From the NCBI GenBank assembly GCA_041736305.1, contig JBGSTX010000147.1:1-26414 (forward strand): a stretch of 26,414 nt of DNA, in the 5' to 3' direction. The stretch is from Oligoflexus sp. (lineage in GTDB: Bacteria > Bdellovibrionota_B > Oligoflexia > Oligoflexales > Oligoflexaceae). Under the pieces are notes generated by a model, which had not been told where the DNA came from, ran no database searches, and saw nothing but the letters and a program-made list of their open reading frames with translations. The translations under genes were made by a program, and so were the position numbers. Shown here in pieces: positions 1 to 8,532 of this stretch (positions are counted from its first letter, which is position 1; each line of letters starts with the position of its first letter).

Positions 1-77
1 TAGGGCTAGGGCTAGGGCTAGGGCTAGGGCTAGGGCTAGGGCTAGGGCTAGGGCTAGGGCTAGGGCTAGGGCTAGGC
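1..77. repeat. Hexanucleotide tandem repeat (TAGGGC)12 plus one degenerate TAGGC; runs off the window edge
   Basis: Read directly: 12 perfect TAGGGC units at 1-72, then TAGGC at 73-77. Confidence 0.98.
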
Positions 78-80
78 TCA

Positions 81-104
81 TGGCCGACGCGATAGGCGAG
101 GCCA
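81..104. repeat. REP-like hairpin cap; second copy of the terminus of the 25352-25589 element
   Basis: TGGCCGACGCGATAGGCGAGGCCA matches 25567-25590 (TGGCCGACGCCGTAGGCGAGGCCA) at 22/24 positions. Confidence 0.8.
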
Positions 105-227
105 GAAAAAGCACATCCCAATCTTGTCGTCATAGCTGACCCCAGCGTTGTAGAAGAGTGACCACAGGAGTCCTGTGCCGCATAGGTTAGTGATCCTCCA
201 TGGAAGTGAGCTTATACTCCATGAAAA

Positions 228-254
228 TCTTCGGCTGGATGGGAAAAGGTCTAA
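228..254 (-). promoter_or_regulatory. Possible sigma28 (FliA)-type promoter
   Basis: Minus strand TTAG-N15-GCCGAAGA versus consensus TAAA-N15-GCCGATAA; a GGAGG lies downstream at about 195-199. Confidence 0.35.
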
Positions 255-322
255 AAATCTAGGTACGCTTGAGCAAGCGCTCAGGCCTAGCTAATGAGCT
301 AAGTTGCTTCAAAAAAAACGAT

Positions 323-1348
323 TTAATTTCCAATATCTTTAGAGAAAATCTCGTACTGGTGCTTCCAGATCACGTTCCCATGCTGCGAATAAGATTCGCT
401 CTGTATACCTTCTCGAACAAGAGCCGGTATATAGAGATCAGGAATCTGAGGCAGCTGCTCAGCCACCGCATAGACGAGCGCATTACTCAGACCTATGCCC
501 CGATCTTGGCGCGCGACAGCGGTCGACTTCAAAACCAAAGCGGGTAGCTCGGTCTCGTAAATACAGTAGAAGAAACCAGCTGCCTTGCCGCTGGGGCTTC
601 TGGCCATCGCTCCACAGGGCTTGCTCTTGGCAGATTTAGCGGAGCCACTAAAGTAAAATCTCTCAAAGAGCTGCGCATCGATCGCTTCGAAAAAGTCGTT
701 CTCGGTGAATGCTTCAGAACTCAGTTCAAAAAGTTCAGACATTCCGCCATTGCGAAAGAATTTCTCGTCAAGGGCTTCGAAAGTATAGCCACGGCTGCGG
801 CAACGTTCGATATCGGGGCGCGTATTGTGGAGATAACGTTCAAAACCGGAAACGCCCCAGCTGAGGTACTTAGCTCCACCGACAAAGCCTGCTGCTTCGA
901 GACGGGCTTGCAAATCGGGTCGACGTTGAGGTTCCCAGGCAAAACTCCTTGGCTCACTATCGGTGCGCAGCCGATAGGGAAACCAAGTATTCAAGTTCAT
1001 CGGACCCACGATCTTTTTGAGACCGCTCCTGGCAGCTTGCGCAGCCCCGGTTTCTAGAAGGATTTTATAGGCTTCGTCTAGTATCGACTCACGGACGTCG
1101 GGCCGATGGGCAAAAAACCCAAAGGCTGCTGTGTCGCCTGTGGGTCGCCAGAGCAGACGCACCAGAGGCAAATTGCCGAGTTTAACGAGCAAGAGCTGAG
1201 CGCCGAGGGTGAGCGCTGCATCGATCAGAGCGCGCTCTTCAGTACTCGGCTGGATCGTGGGATCGAAAGGGCTCAGCGACGCCCAGTCCTGCCACAATTC
1301 CGCGGAACAACTGCCCTTGAAGCTACTGAGAACAATAAACTCATCCAT
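323..1348 (-). CDS. GNAT-fold N-acyltransferase-like protein (341 aa)
   Basis: IVGPMNLNTWFPYRL and FAWEP segments plus a C-terminal acyl-CoA-binding-like motif AVARQDRGIGLSNAL. GGAG RBS; start overlaps the upstream stop by 8 nt. Confidence 0.7.
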   Translation of the reverse strand: MDEFIVLSSFKGSCSAELWQDWASLSPFDPTIQPSTEERALIDAALTLGAQLLLVKLGNLPLVRLLWRPTGDTAAFGFFAHRPDVRESILDEAYKILLETGAAQAARSGLKKIVGPMNLNTWFPYRLRTDSEPRSFAWEPQRRPDLQARLEAAGFVGGAKYLSWGVSGFERYLHNTRPDIERCRSRGYTFEALDEKFFRNGGMSELFELSSEAFTENDFFEAIDAQLFERFYFSGSAKSAKSKPCGAMARSPSGKAAGFFYCIYETELPALVLKSTAVARQDRGIGLSNALVYAVAEQLPQIPDLYIPALVREGIQSESYSQHGNVIWKHQYEIFSKDIGN

Positions 1349-4088
1349 GCTGCACTCCTGCAGATTCGAGAATAGTCACTTCGCCTAGCCCAGCATCGAC
1401 GCGAACCAAGTCGCCACTCTTCAATCGATTCATCAGCCCACCGTTGATCCCAACTATGGTCGGCAAACCAAGCTCGCGAGCTACGACCGCAGAGTGCGAC
1501 AAGAGAGAGCCCCGCTCGATGAGGAGACCTTTGCACGAAGGAAAAATCGGGACCCAACCCGGATCAGTCCGAGCTGTAACGAGAATCTCACCCTCGATGC
1601 CTTCGGCGTCCTTCAGTTCATGAACTACGCGCACCCGGCCTTCTATAACCCCGGGACAGCAGGGTGTTCCTCTGAGCTTGGTTGGGTCGAGTTCAGCTTC
1701 CGCCTGTAGGTCTCTCAAGAGGTCAGCTTCCATGAGAACGGCAGGAAAAGCTGAGGAAACGCCTGCGGCGCCGGTGCTTACGAAGCGCTCGGGTGGCGAA
1801 GGCGTGCGACGATAGATATCGAATTCCTCTCGACGCATCGCGACGAGAGCTTTGAGATTGGTGCCTATAACCCGACCTTCGATGAAGGCCGATATTTCCT
1901 CAAAGGTAAGGTAGAAGATATCGTGTTCGCCAGCCAAGAGTCCAAGCTGCGTGAGATGCGATCCCATAGCCCGGAAGAGATGCCGTGAAATGCCGAAGCT
2001 TTTGGTTCGCGCAAAACGGAGGTTTTCGCGGTTTTTTACCGCTTTTCTAGCCTGCCGCAGAATGAACCAGTAAAACATTCGACGCCAGCCCTTAAGATGA
2101 GTTTTCACCTTTTCTTCAGCCGCGTGGCGGATGGCCTTTTCGCGCTCTTCCATAGAAGCGGTGTTGTACGAGCCGCTCTTTACATAACTTTGCAGAGAAT
2201 GGATGAGAAAGCTCGGATCGTCGTGGAGATCCGGCTCTTCAAGCTTCAGCTCATTGACGCAGCGAAACCCATAGAGTTCGAGGAATCTGGCAAATTCCTG
2301 GCCGAGCTTGCTCTGGCGCTCACTTCCGCGGAGAGCTATGACCAGATCAGGGACAGGAGTGCTCAGGAACCACTTGCGAACTTCATCACTACCATGGTCA
2401 ATATCTCGCGCCATCCGCATGAGGAAGCGCGTGGGTTCCGTCGAGTCCAGTCCACCTTCGCCACAGAGAAGGTCGTTCTGCAAAGACTCGGTGATGAGAC
2501 CCTGGCCGATCCACTTGCCGGTGAGCTTTTTCAAGAGACCGAAAAATATCATGCAAAGATAGTCGTTGATGATAGGGGCATGCCAGCGCTTGGTAAAATT
2601 ATCTTCGAGATAGAAGTAGTACTTGAGCTGTTCTGGGAGCGACATCGCCTTCAGGTCGCGGACGCGAGCCTCATCGTAGACAGCATTATAGTGCTGAAAG
2701 AATCCGCCAATGATGGAGTCGATGCAGAGGAAACGGTAGACCGTCTTCACCAGCAGGAGCAGCTTAGCCCCGAAAGTATACTGAGGGGGTTCTTTGATGT
2801 TATCGAAGATGGCCTGCATCTGTGGGGCCAGGCCTTGCTTCACACCCATCATCGTGTCCATGAAGCCCTTGTTGCTACTGGTCCCAGGCAGAGCCAGTAC
2901 GAGTTCATACCAGTTAGCAAGGTTATAGTAGATGCGTCCCCGCACCAGTCCCAACATGTTGCGAAACATCTCCGAACGCTTGTCGACGAAGTCCTGTGGC
3001 ACGCCCATGACTTCGAGAAACTGAATATACACCTGATTGTAGGCACGGCTGGCGAAACTGAAAGTCAGAGGCGTAGTCACGCCCGAATAGCTTTCAATAA
3101 TATTCGAATTATCCCAGAGAATCGGCTCGATCCCGTTGATCTTTGGATCGTAATAGGCTTCCGGCGGAAGGCTAGTGATGGGTCGCGTCTGCACCAGGTA
3201 AATGTTGTGACCCTCGACCACCCACTCGAGATCCTGCGGACAGTTCTGCAGCTGCTCAAGGCGTATCGCTAGAGCGGCAATAGCTTTGATTTGCGCATCG
3301 CTGAGCGACGGCTGGTCTTGGCGAGCGGTCCCTATCTCAACTTCAACCAAACCGCCCTCTGGCTTAGCCACCAAGGCCTTGGTCTTCTTCGCCACTACGC
3401 TCTTGATCGAATCGTCTGAGCGTCGGTACTCGAAGTCGTCCGCATCTAGGAGACCGCTGACCAGGCCCTCCCCGGCTCCCCAGACGCTACTGATGTGAAT
3501 TAGATCACGATCTAAAATCTTGATTGGATGCCGTGAAAAGGCCACGCCGGCAGCCTCAGCGTCGACCATCTTCTGCACCACAACGCCCATGCGCAGTCGC
3601 TGGCCGCTGAGGCCTTTTTCCTGGCGGTAAGCGATGACCCGCTGCGAATAGGCCGAGGCCCAGCAGAGTCGGAGAGAGTCCGTGATCTGCTCTAGACCTT
3701 GCTGATAGAGGAAAGAGGAGAACTGACCGGCAAATGAATGCGCTGCGCCGTCTTCTTCAAGGCCACTGGAACGCACAGCTACTTTGATCCCAGCAAGTCC
3801 GCTCGACTCGAGCATGGCTTGCAATTCTGCAAGGACTTCTTGCGGCACCTCAGCAATGAGGAAGGCGTTGCGAACAAGCTCCTCCCAGGCTGGCTCGGCT
3901 TTGGCACTGGCCAGCAGGGCTTCAAGTCCATTGCGGCTTATGAAAAGATCGAAAGCCTCGGCACTCACGCAAAACCAAGCCGGAACCGGCAGGGCTTGAG
4001 CCGTCATGCGAGCTAGGTTAAGGGCTTTGCCACCACCCTCTTTCAGAAACAGGTCGAAAGGACTATTTGATGGGAGAATCCAAGACAT
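1341..4088 (-). CDS. PEP-synthase/PPDK-family dikinase with rifampin-phosphotransferase-like architecture (ATP-grasp, central substrate domain, C-terminal His swivel); 915 aa
   Basis: GGKALNL, VAVRSS..EDG...SFAGQF, VVVQKMV, GEGLVSG, PQDLEW and QTRPIT motifs; C-terminal TDPGW...GSLLSHSAVVARELGLP phospho-His domain; no PEP-binding TIM barrel after the His domain. Confidence 0.9.
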   Translation of the reverse strand: MSWILPSNSPFDLFLKEGGGKALNLARMTAQALPVPAWFCVSAEAFDLFISRNGLEALLASAKAEPAWEELVRNAFLIAEVPQEVLAELQAMLESSGLAGIKVAVRSSGLEEDGAAHSFAGQFSSFLYQQGLEQITDSLRLCWASAYSQRVIAYRQEKGLSGQRLRMGVVVQKMVDAEAAGVAFSRHPIKILDRDLIHISSVWGAGEGLVSGLLDADDFEYRRSDDSIKSVVAKKTKALVAKPEGGLVEVEIGTARQDQPSLSDAQIKAIAALAIRLEQLQNCPQDLEWVVEGHNIYLVQTRPITSLPPEAYYDPKINGIEPILWDNSNIIESYSGVTTPLTFSFASRAYNQVYIQFLEVMGVPQDFVDKRSEMFRNMLGLVRGRIYYNLANWYELVLALPGTSSNKGFMDTMMGVKQGLAPQMQAIFDNIKEPPQYTFGAKLLLLVKTVYRFLCIDSIIGGFFQHYNAVYDEARVRDLKAMSLPEQLKYYFYLEDNFTKRWHAPIINDYLCMIFFGLLKKLTGKWIGQGLITESLQNDLLCGEGGLDSTEPTRFLMRMARDIDHGSDEVRKWFLSTPVPDLVIALRGSERQSKLGQEFARFLELYGFRCVNELKLEEPDLHDDPSFLIHSLQSYVKSGSYNTASMEEREKAIRHAAEEKVKTHLKGWRRMFYWFILRQARKAVKNRENLRFARTKSFGISRHLFRAMGSHLTQLGLLAGEHDIFYLTFEEISAFIEGRVIGTNLKALVAMRREEFDIYRRTPSPPERFVSTGAAGVSSAFPAVLMEADLLRDLQAEAELDPTKLRGTPCCPGVIEGRVRVVHELKDAEGIEGEILVTARTDPGWVPIFPSCKGLLIERGSLLSHSAVVARELGLPTIVGINGGLMNRLKSGDLVRVDAGLGEVTILESAGVQHG

Positions 4089-4100
4089 GGCGGCATCCTT

Positions 4101-4961
4101 TCAGGAGTTGAGAATCTTGATAAGAGTGGGCGCCCAAAGAAAGAGGAGGAGCTGCGCACTAGCAAAGCCTTCCACAAGCTTGTAACGACGTTCTGCGAAG
4201 AGATAGAAGAGTGCGAGCAGTAGGAGCTGCGAAGCCAGAAGGATCTGACCGAGCTGACTGGTCCAACCATAGCTCAGAAAGATTCCAAAACAGCAGATCA
4301 GGGCTGCTACATTCAAGAAGAGTCCAGTCCGCTTCAGGCCCCAAAGGGTACGATACGTGCCGAGGACGGGATTGGCATTGGGCGCCAGCTTTCTGCAGAT
4401 TTCGTAATTCAAAAATGCTGAGAGGAAAACAATTCCTCCGGCGAGAGACATAACGGACACAGAGTGCCCTGGGGCGTGGAGAGCCATTAAAGAGCTGCCG
4501 AGAAGCAAAAGTATTATTTGGTGGCTGAGGGTATAAATGAGGACTCGCTTTTCAAGCCAGCTGCGAACAAAAAACTCGCGGTACATCAGATAGAGATAAA
4601 CTGTAGTGAGAAAATAATATAATCCAGCGCTTGTATACCCAAGCAGGGCGCTGAGGAGAGCCACTGCAAGCATGAGCCCGAGCCCCACCCGGATACCCAA
4701 GCGCGCTTCAGCCAGGCTGAGCAGACCGCGTGGGAGAGGACGTTGCGGATGAGCGATCAAATCTTTCTTATAGTCCTTTACTTCATCCATGAGCCGCAAA
4801 ACAGCAAAGAAAAGGAGTGAGAGTCCCGCGGCTGCTAGACCAGAACCCCAGCTGATCGGAGTCGGCAGCAAAGACAGCGAGCTGAGAGCCAAGCCACCGC
4901 TTACTAGGAGGAGGACGGGAAAAGGAAAACGCTCCGAGAAAAACTTCACCCAACGCGCCAT
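4101..4961 (-). CDS. UbiA-superfamily intramembrane prenyltransferase-like protein (286 aa)
   Basis: About 8-9 hydrophobic segments; first Asp-rich motif MDEVKDYKKD followed by HPQRPLPRG; YEICRK downstream; AGAGG RBS. Confidence 0.85.
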   Translation of the reverse strand: MARWVKFFSERFPFPVLLLVSGGLALSSLSLLPTPISWGSGLAAAGLSLLFFAVLRLMDEVKDYKKDLIAHPQRPLPRGLLSLAEARLGIRVGLGLMLAVALLSALLGYTSAGLYYFLTTVYLYLMYREFFVRSWLEKRVLIYTLSHQIILLLLGSSLMALHAPGHSVSVMSLAGGIVFLSAFLNYEICRKLAPNANPVLGTYRTLWGLKRTGLFLNVAALICCFGIFLSYGWTSQLGQILLASQLLLLALFYLFAERRYKLVEGFASAQLLLFLWAPTLIKILNS

Positions 4962-6373
4962 GTTAAACCTCTTTGGCTAGAATCTCTAGCGATGCGGGCC
5001 CGATGCCTTCGATCGCGCTTGATGCGTGTTTCAAAACAGGGACCCAGTTCGGGAAGTGCAGACTTAATAGCTGGGAGAAAAGGTTTTAGTCCTTCTCCAT
5101 AGAGGGAGAGACGGGACTGGCTATCTCGCTCCAGGAAGGCGCGCGAGTGGCCTAGTATCGAGTAGATCGTTTGCTCGCCTCGGAAGTCCTGCAACAGCTG
5201 GCTGTCGCGCCCGGCATAGGACCAGTTTTTGCCGTCTACTTCGACTCGATCACCCATGCGATGCCAGAGGGTCCCATCGGCAGCGCGCTTTTTAAATTGC
5301 TGATTAGCATCGCTGTTTCCCAGATACTCCGGGCAGACGTGCGAACCAGATATCCACAGTTGATCCTTCCCAGGCTGCACCTGCAGTTCGGGATGGGGGC
5401 TGCCTAGTTCGAGAACTTGAAACAGGCCTTTGGCGCGACTCCGGGCGAGCGCTGCACGCGCAGATCCACTTGCGACAGGCTCGACCTCAGTGCTGCCGTA
5501 GATATGTTCAATTTCGGCTCCGGGCCACTTCGAGATCGCCGCTTCAAAAAGATCACAGTCACTCAGGGCTCCTCCCACATGCAGAGATTTAAGACCTGGG
5601 AGCAGTGCCTGCTGCATGAGTTTGGCGAGGAAAGCTGGGCCACATACGGCAGTCTCAGGCAAAAGTTCAGGCGGCAAGAGATCGAGTGCACGGAGTTTCT
5701 GGGGCTGCCAGGCGCCTGCTATAATCAGCGAGCTGCGTCCTTGCCCTAGATTGGCTAAGGCAAAACTTGGGAAGATACAGATATCGGGACCGCGAAAGCG
5801 TTCGGTGTGGAGACTCTCGCTGATGACCCTGAACTGACTTAGCAAATAGGAGTGGGTTCGCACCACGCCTTTGGGTTCAGCACTGGTGCCCGAGGTAAAG
5901 GTGACCATAGAAGCCTGATCAAAAGGAACATCGACGCGTCGCCTCTCAGCTGGGCTCTCTCTCATAAGCTTCTCGGCCTTGAGCCAATGCGGTATCTTGC
6001 GAATCGATTCCGACCGAAGTCCCCAGAAAAAGCCCAATTGCCCAGCGAGAAAAGCCTTCGGCTTCATAAGCTCAACTTTGCTCTTGATTCGACTGAGCGG
6101 CATCCATGGTTCAACGACCATGATAGTAATGCCCAGTCGGGTCATCGCGAGAATGGCAGCATAGAGTAAAGGTGAAAGCCCTAAAGCGAGCAGCACTTTA
6201 TCACCAATCCCGATACCGGCCTTCTCTAGCGAGCGCGCGATGCGGCGACTCAGTTCATCGAGTTCCTGAAAACTGATTTGCGTACGATCGGGAAACCAAA
6301 GGGCCGTCTGACGAGGCCTGGCTTTGATCTGCTCGTCTATGAGTACCGCCGCGTTCATCATGCGAGGTTTCAA
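4946..6373 (-). CDS. AMP-binding (ANL) ligase, OleC-like subgroup (475 aa)
   Basis: TFTSGTSAEPKGV P-loop, YGSTEVEP, WHRMGD, C-terminal D-x-R-H motif. TTG start overlaps the upstream TGA and follows a GGAGG RBS. Confidence 0.88.
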   Translation of the reverse strand: MKPRMMNAAVLIDEQIKARPRQTALWFPDRTQISFQELDELSRRIARSLEKAGIGIGDKVLLALGLSPLLYAAILAMTRLGITIMVVEPWMPLSRIKSKVELMKPKAFLAGQLGFFWGLRSESIRKIPHWLKAEKLMRESPAERRRVDVPFDQASMVTFTSGTSAEPKGVVRTHSYLLSQFRVISESLHTERFRGPDICIFPSFALANLGQGRSSLIIAGAWQPQKLRALDLLPPELLPETAVCGPAFLAKLMQQALLPGLKSLHVGGALSDCDLFEAAISKWPGAEIEHIYGSTEVEPVASGSARAALARSRAKGLFQVLELGSPHPELQVQPGKDQLWISGSHVCPEYLGNSDANQQFKKRAADGTLWHRMGDRVEVDGKNWSYAGRDSQLLQDFRGEQTIYSILGHSRAFLERDSQSRLSLYGEGLKPFLPAIKSALPELGPCFETRIKRDRRHRARIARDSSQRGLTWRVG

Positions 6374-7497
6374 CTTAAGCCTCCCTGATACTGATAGACG
6401 AAGACGCGGTACATCTGGGTTTTTTCTGCGGCAATGGCATCTGCATAGAGATCAGAGACGTCACTGTAGCCACTCAGGTTTGTGCTTTCAGGGACTCGCA
6501 GGTAGCAGCGAACCACGACCAACGCTCCCGGGTTCAGGCAGCCACGCAGACTTTGTAAATAATTTCGCTCACGTTCCCCTGTGAAATAGCTAGGTACATC
6601 GCTGAGGGAAACGAAATCGAATTTTTCAGAAGCCTTCCCTGCAAAGTCGATGATGTCGCCCTGGTAAAGTTCGATAGACGAGCCGGAACGGAGTGCTGCC
6701 TGCATCGCCTGGAAAACTTCAGGATCTGCTTCGATCGGATTGCCTTCCGCGTGGGCTATATAGCCATAAAAGCAGAGCTGAAGGAAAAAGTTTTCACGCG
6801 CTAGACCACGTTCGAAAAGACTCCTGAACGCCTTTCGGTAGAAGCTATAATAGCTCCCTTCGATATTCTTCTTCGCGAAATTGCCTCGATAGAGAAAGGC
6901 ATTGAAAAAGGCGGCGTTTCCGAAGATGAGTAGGACCAAACGCGGCACCAATTTCCACCAAAAGCTGGCCAAATTCTTCGACATGAAGCCAGACTGTTCC
7001 TTGAGACTGCGGCACTCAAAGACTTTGTCGTAGTATGATCCAACAATGCGCCGTAGCGCTTGGGGAATAGCGGTGATTGTCTTCTCCCACTTGCCTTCAT
7101 AGATCAAACCTCGGTACGCAGTGGCTTCTAGGACCTCTCGCATAGCTTCTCGCGCAACAGCCTCAAGCGGAAGCTGTTCAAAGAGCTCCTGCCTACGGGC
7201 TCGATGAGCGTCGACGCCATAAGGGGCGAAGCCCCAGAAGAGGAGAAAATCATCGTAGGCCAAATGCTTGATAGTAGCGCGGCGTAAGGCCGCCAGGTGC
7301 AGTTGAGCTGTAGCAAGATCGAGCGCCACGACAGTCGCGGGCTGCGCAGCCAGGAGAGGAAGGAAACGGCCGCCGCTGCCGCAAACGCTCAGTATACGCC
7401 TAGGCTTAGTCTGTCGGCATAAGGACAGTTCCAGGGAAGTATCCTCGTTAGCAAGCGAGTAATTTAGGGCGGAAAAATACGTTTGCTTCGCTTCCAT
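6370..7497 (-). CDS. DUF3419/BtaA-family SAM-dependent 3-amino-3-carboxypropyl transferase-like protein (375 aa)
   Basis: LNYSLANED, RILSVCGSGG, LDLATAQLHLAALR, EGKWE, LSDVPSY and LNPGALVVVR follow the DUF3419 pattern. Confidence 0.85.
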   Translation of the reverse strand: MEAKQTYFSALNYSLANEDTSLELSLCRQTKPRRILSVCGSGGRFLPLLAAQPATVVALDLATAQLHLAALRRATIKHLAYDDFLLFWGFAPYGVDAHRARRQELFEQLPLEAVAREAMREVLEATAYRGLIYEGKWEKTITAIPQALRRIVGSYYDKVFECRSLKEQSGFMSKNLASFWWKLVPRLVLLIFGNAAFFNAFLYRGNFAKKNIEGSYYSFYRKAFRSLFERGLARENFFLQLCFYGYIAHAEGNPIEADPEVFQAMQAALRSGSSIELYQGDIIDFAGKASEKFDFVSLSDVPSYFTGERERNYLQSLRGCLNPGALVVVRCYLRVPESTNLSGYSDVSDLYADAIAAEKTQMYRVFVYQYQGGLS

Positions 7498-7500
7498 CGC

Positions 7501-8532
7501 TCAGTGGCCTTGTCGAAAAAGTTTATTTTCAGCGTAGCTCAGGATAGTCTCCGCATAGCTTTCAAATGCGGGAGCCTGGTAGTCCGGGAGATCTTCGCGC
7601 AGATGGCTCGTATCAAAGCAGATATTGTTCTCTAGATAGGATCGCACTTCGGGCGGAATCCCCAGCCTTCGCATCAGCGCTGCCGGCAGCAAGCGCGGCG
7701 CAAGTGCGAGTGGCACCAGCTGGATTCCGTAGAACTTTAGCATCACGCTCAAGATCTTTCTGATTGAGATGCCTCGCTCTGCCCCGACCAAATGATAAAC
7801 GCGGAGCCCCGCATATTTCATAGCTGGGGGAAGCAGTTGGGTGATCACCTCCGCAGCATGATCAACGGGCAAAACGTGTTGGACGGAGTGTTCGCCGAAA
7901 GGCAGCGGCAGCATGCCTACCCCTTCCAGAACCCTTCGTGCCGAGCGAAGCTCACGAATCATTTTCTGAAAATAATAGGGACCATCGATTTTAGGGATAT
8001 ATCCATCGCGAGAAGAACCCAGGAGAATGCCCAGCCGTATCACACTCGCTCGAGGCAGCCCTGCGCGTCTCAGCATCTGCTCAGCCGCAAATTTGCTCGC
8101 AGCGTAGGCATCAGGCAAAGCCTGACAGCCTAGGGAAATGTCTTCCGAGAAGAAACCCTCGCGCTTGCCCGCCACAGCGATAGAACTAATCAGGCAAAAA
8201 TACGGCTGGCGTGGCAGCGATTGGGCCAGATGCAGGAGGTTGCCCATCGCTATGACGTTATGCTTATGATAGGCCTCAGGCTGAGCGGCAAAATCGTAGA
8301 GAGCTGCAGCGTGAATAATAATATCGACAGCGGCCAATGAATCGAGGAGATCGAAGTCCTGCAGGCTGTCACTCTCACTGAGATCAGCCTGTAGCCAGGT
8401 GATGGGGGCGCCTGCTTCCGCCTGCATAGCTTGCCGACTGATTCCAATAACCTTGTAAGCATTTCTAACTAGCTCGGTGGCTAGAAATTGCCCTAGAAAA
8501 CCGGAGGCTCCGGTCAATAGTACAGTTTTCAT
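7501..8532 (-). CDS. Extended SDR / NAD-binding-4 reductase resembling the N-terminal domain of two-domain fatty acyl-CoA reductases (343 aa)
   Basis: Probable start is the ATG at 8532 (MKTVLLTGASGFLG), with a GGAGG RBS and an ATGA overlap with the upstream stop. Motifs HAAALYD, SSIAVAG, YAASK (YxxxK) and KIDGPYYF. Confidence 0.85.
   Translation of the reverse strand: MKTVLLTGASGFLGQFLATELVRNAYKVIGISRQAMQAEAGAPITWLQADLSESDSLQDFDLLDSLAAVDIIIHAAALYDFAAQPEAYHKHNVIAMGNLLHLAQSLPRQPYFCLISSIAVAGKREGFFSEDISLGCQALPDAYAASKFAAEQMLRRAGLPRASVIRLGILLGSSRDGYIPKIDGPYYFQKMIRELRSARRVLEGVGMLPLPFGEHSVQHVLPVDHAAEVITQLLPPAMKYAGLRVYHLVGAERGISIRKILSVMLKFYGIQLVPLALAPRLLPAALMRRLGIPPEVRSYLENNICFDTSHLREDLPDYQAPAFESYAETILSYAENKLFRQGH

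Noticed and set aside
1-77. True telomere or eukaryotic contamination
   Set aside because: A left-end telomere would show the C-rich strand on +, and this one is G-rich. The flank is bacterial and carries a repeat cap shared with an internal element.
2097-3272. 391-aa plus-strand ORF
   Set aside because: Fully antisense to the well-supported dikinase gene and has no recognisable motifs; a shadow ORF.
1341-4088. Annotation as ppsA or as the rifampin resistance gene rph
   Set aside because: Lacks the C-terminal PEP-binding barrel of PpsA. It shares only architecture with RPH and sits in a biosynthetic-looking operon, so no gene symbol was given.
4946-6373. ole (olefin) biosynthesis cluster
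   Set aside because: No OleA thiolase or OleB hydrolase domain in the window.
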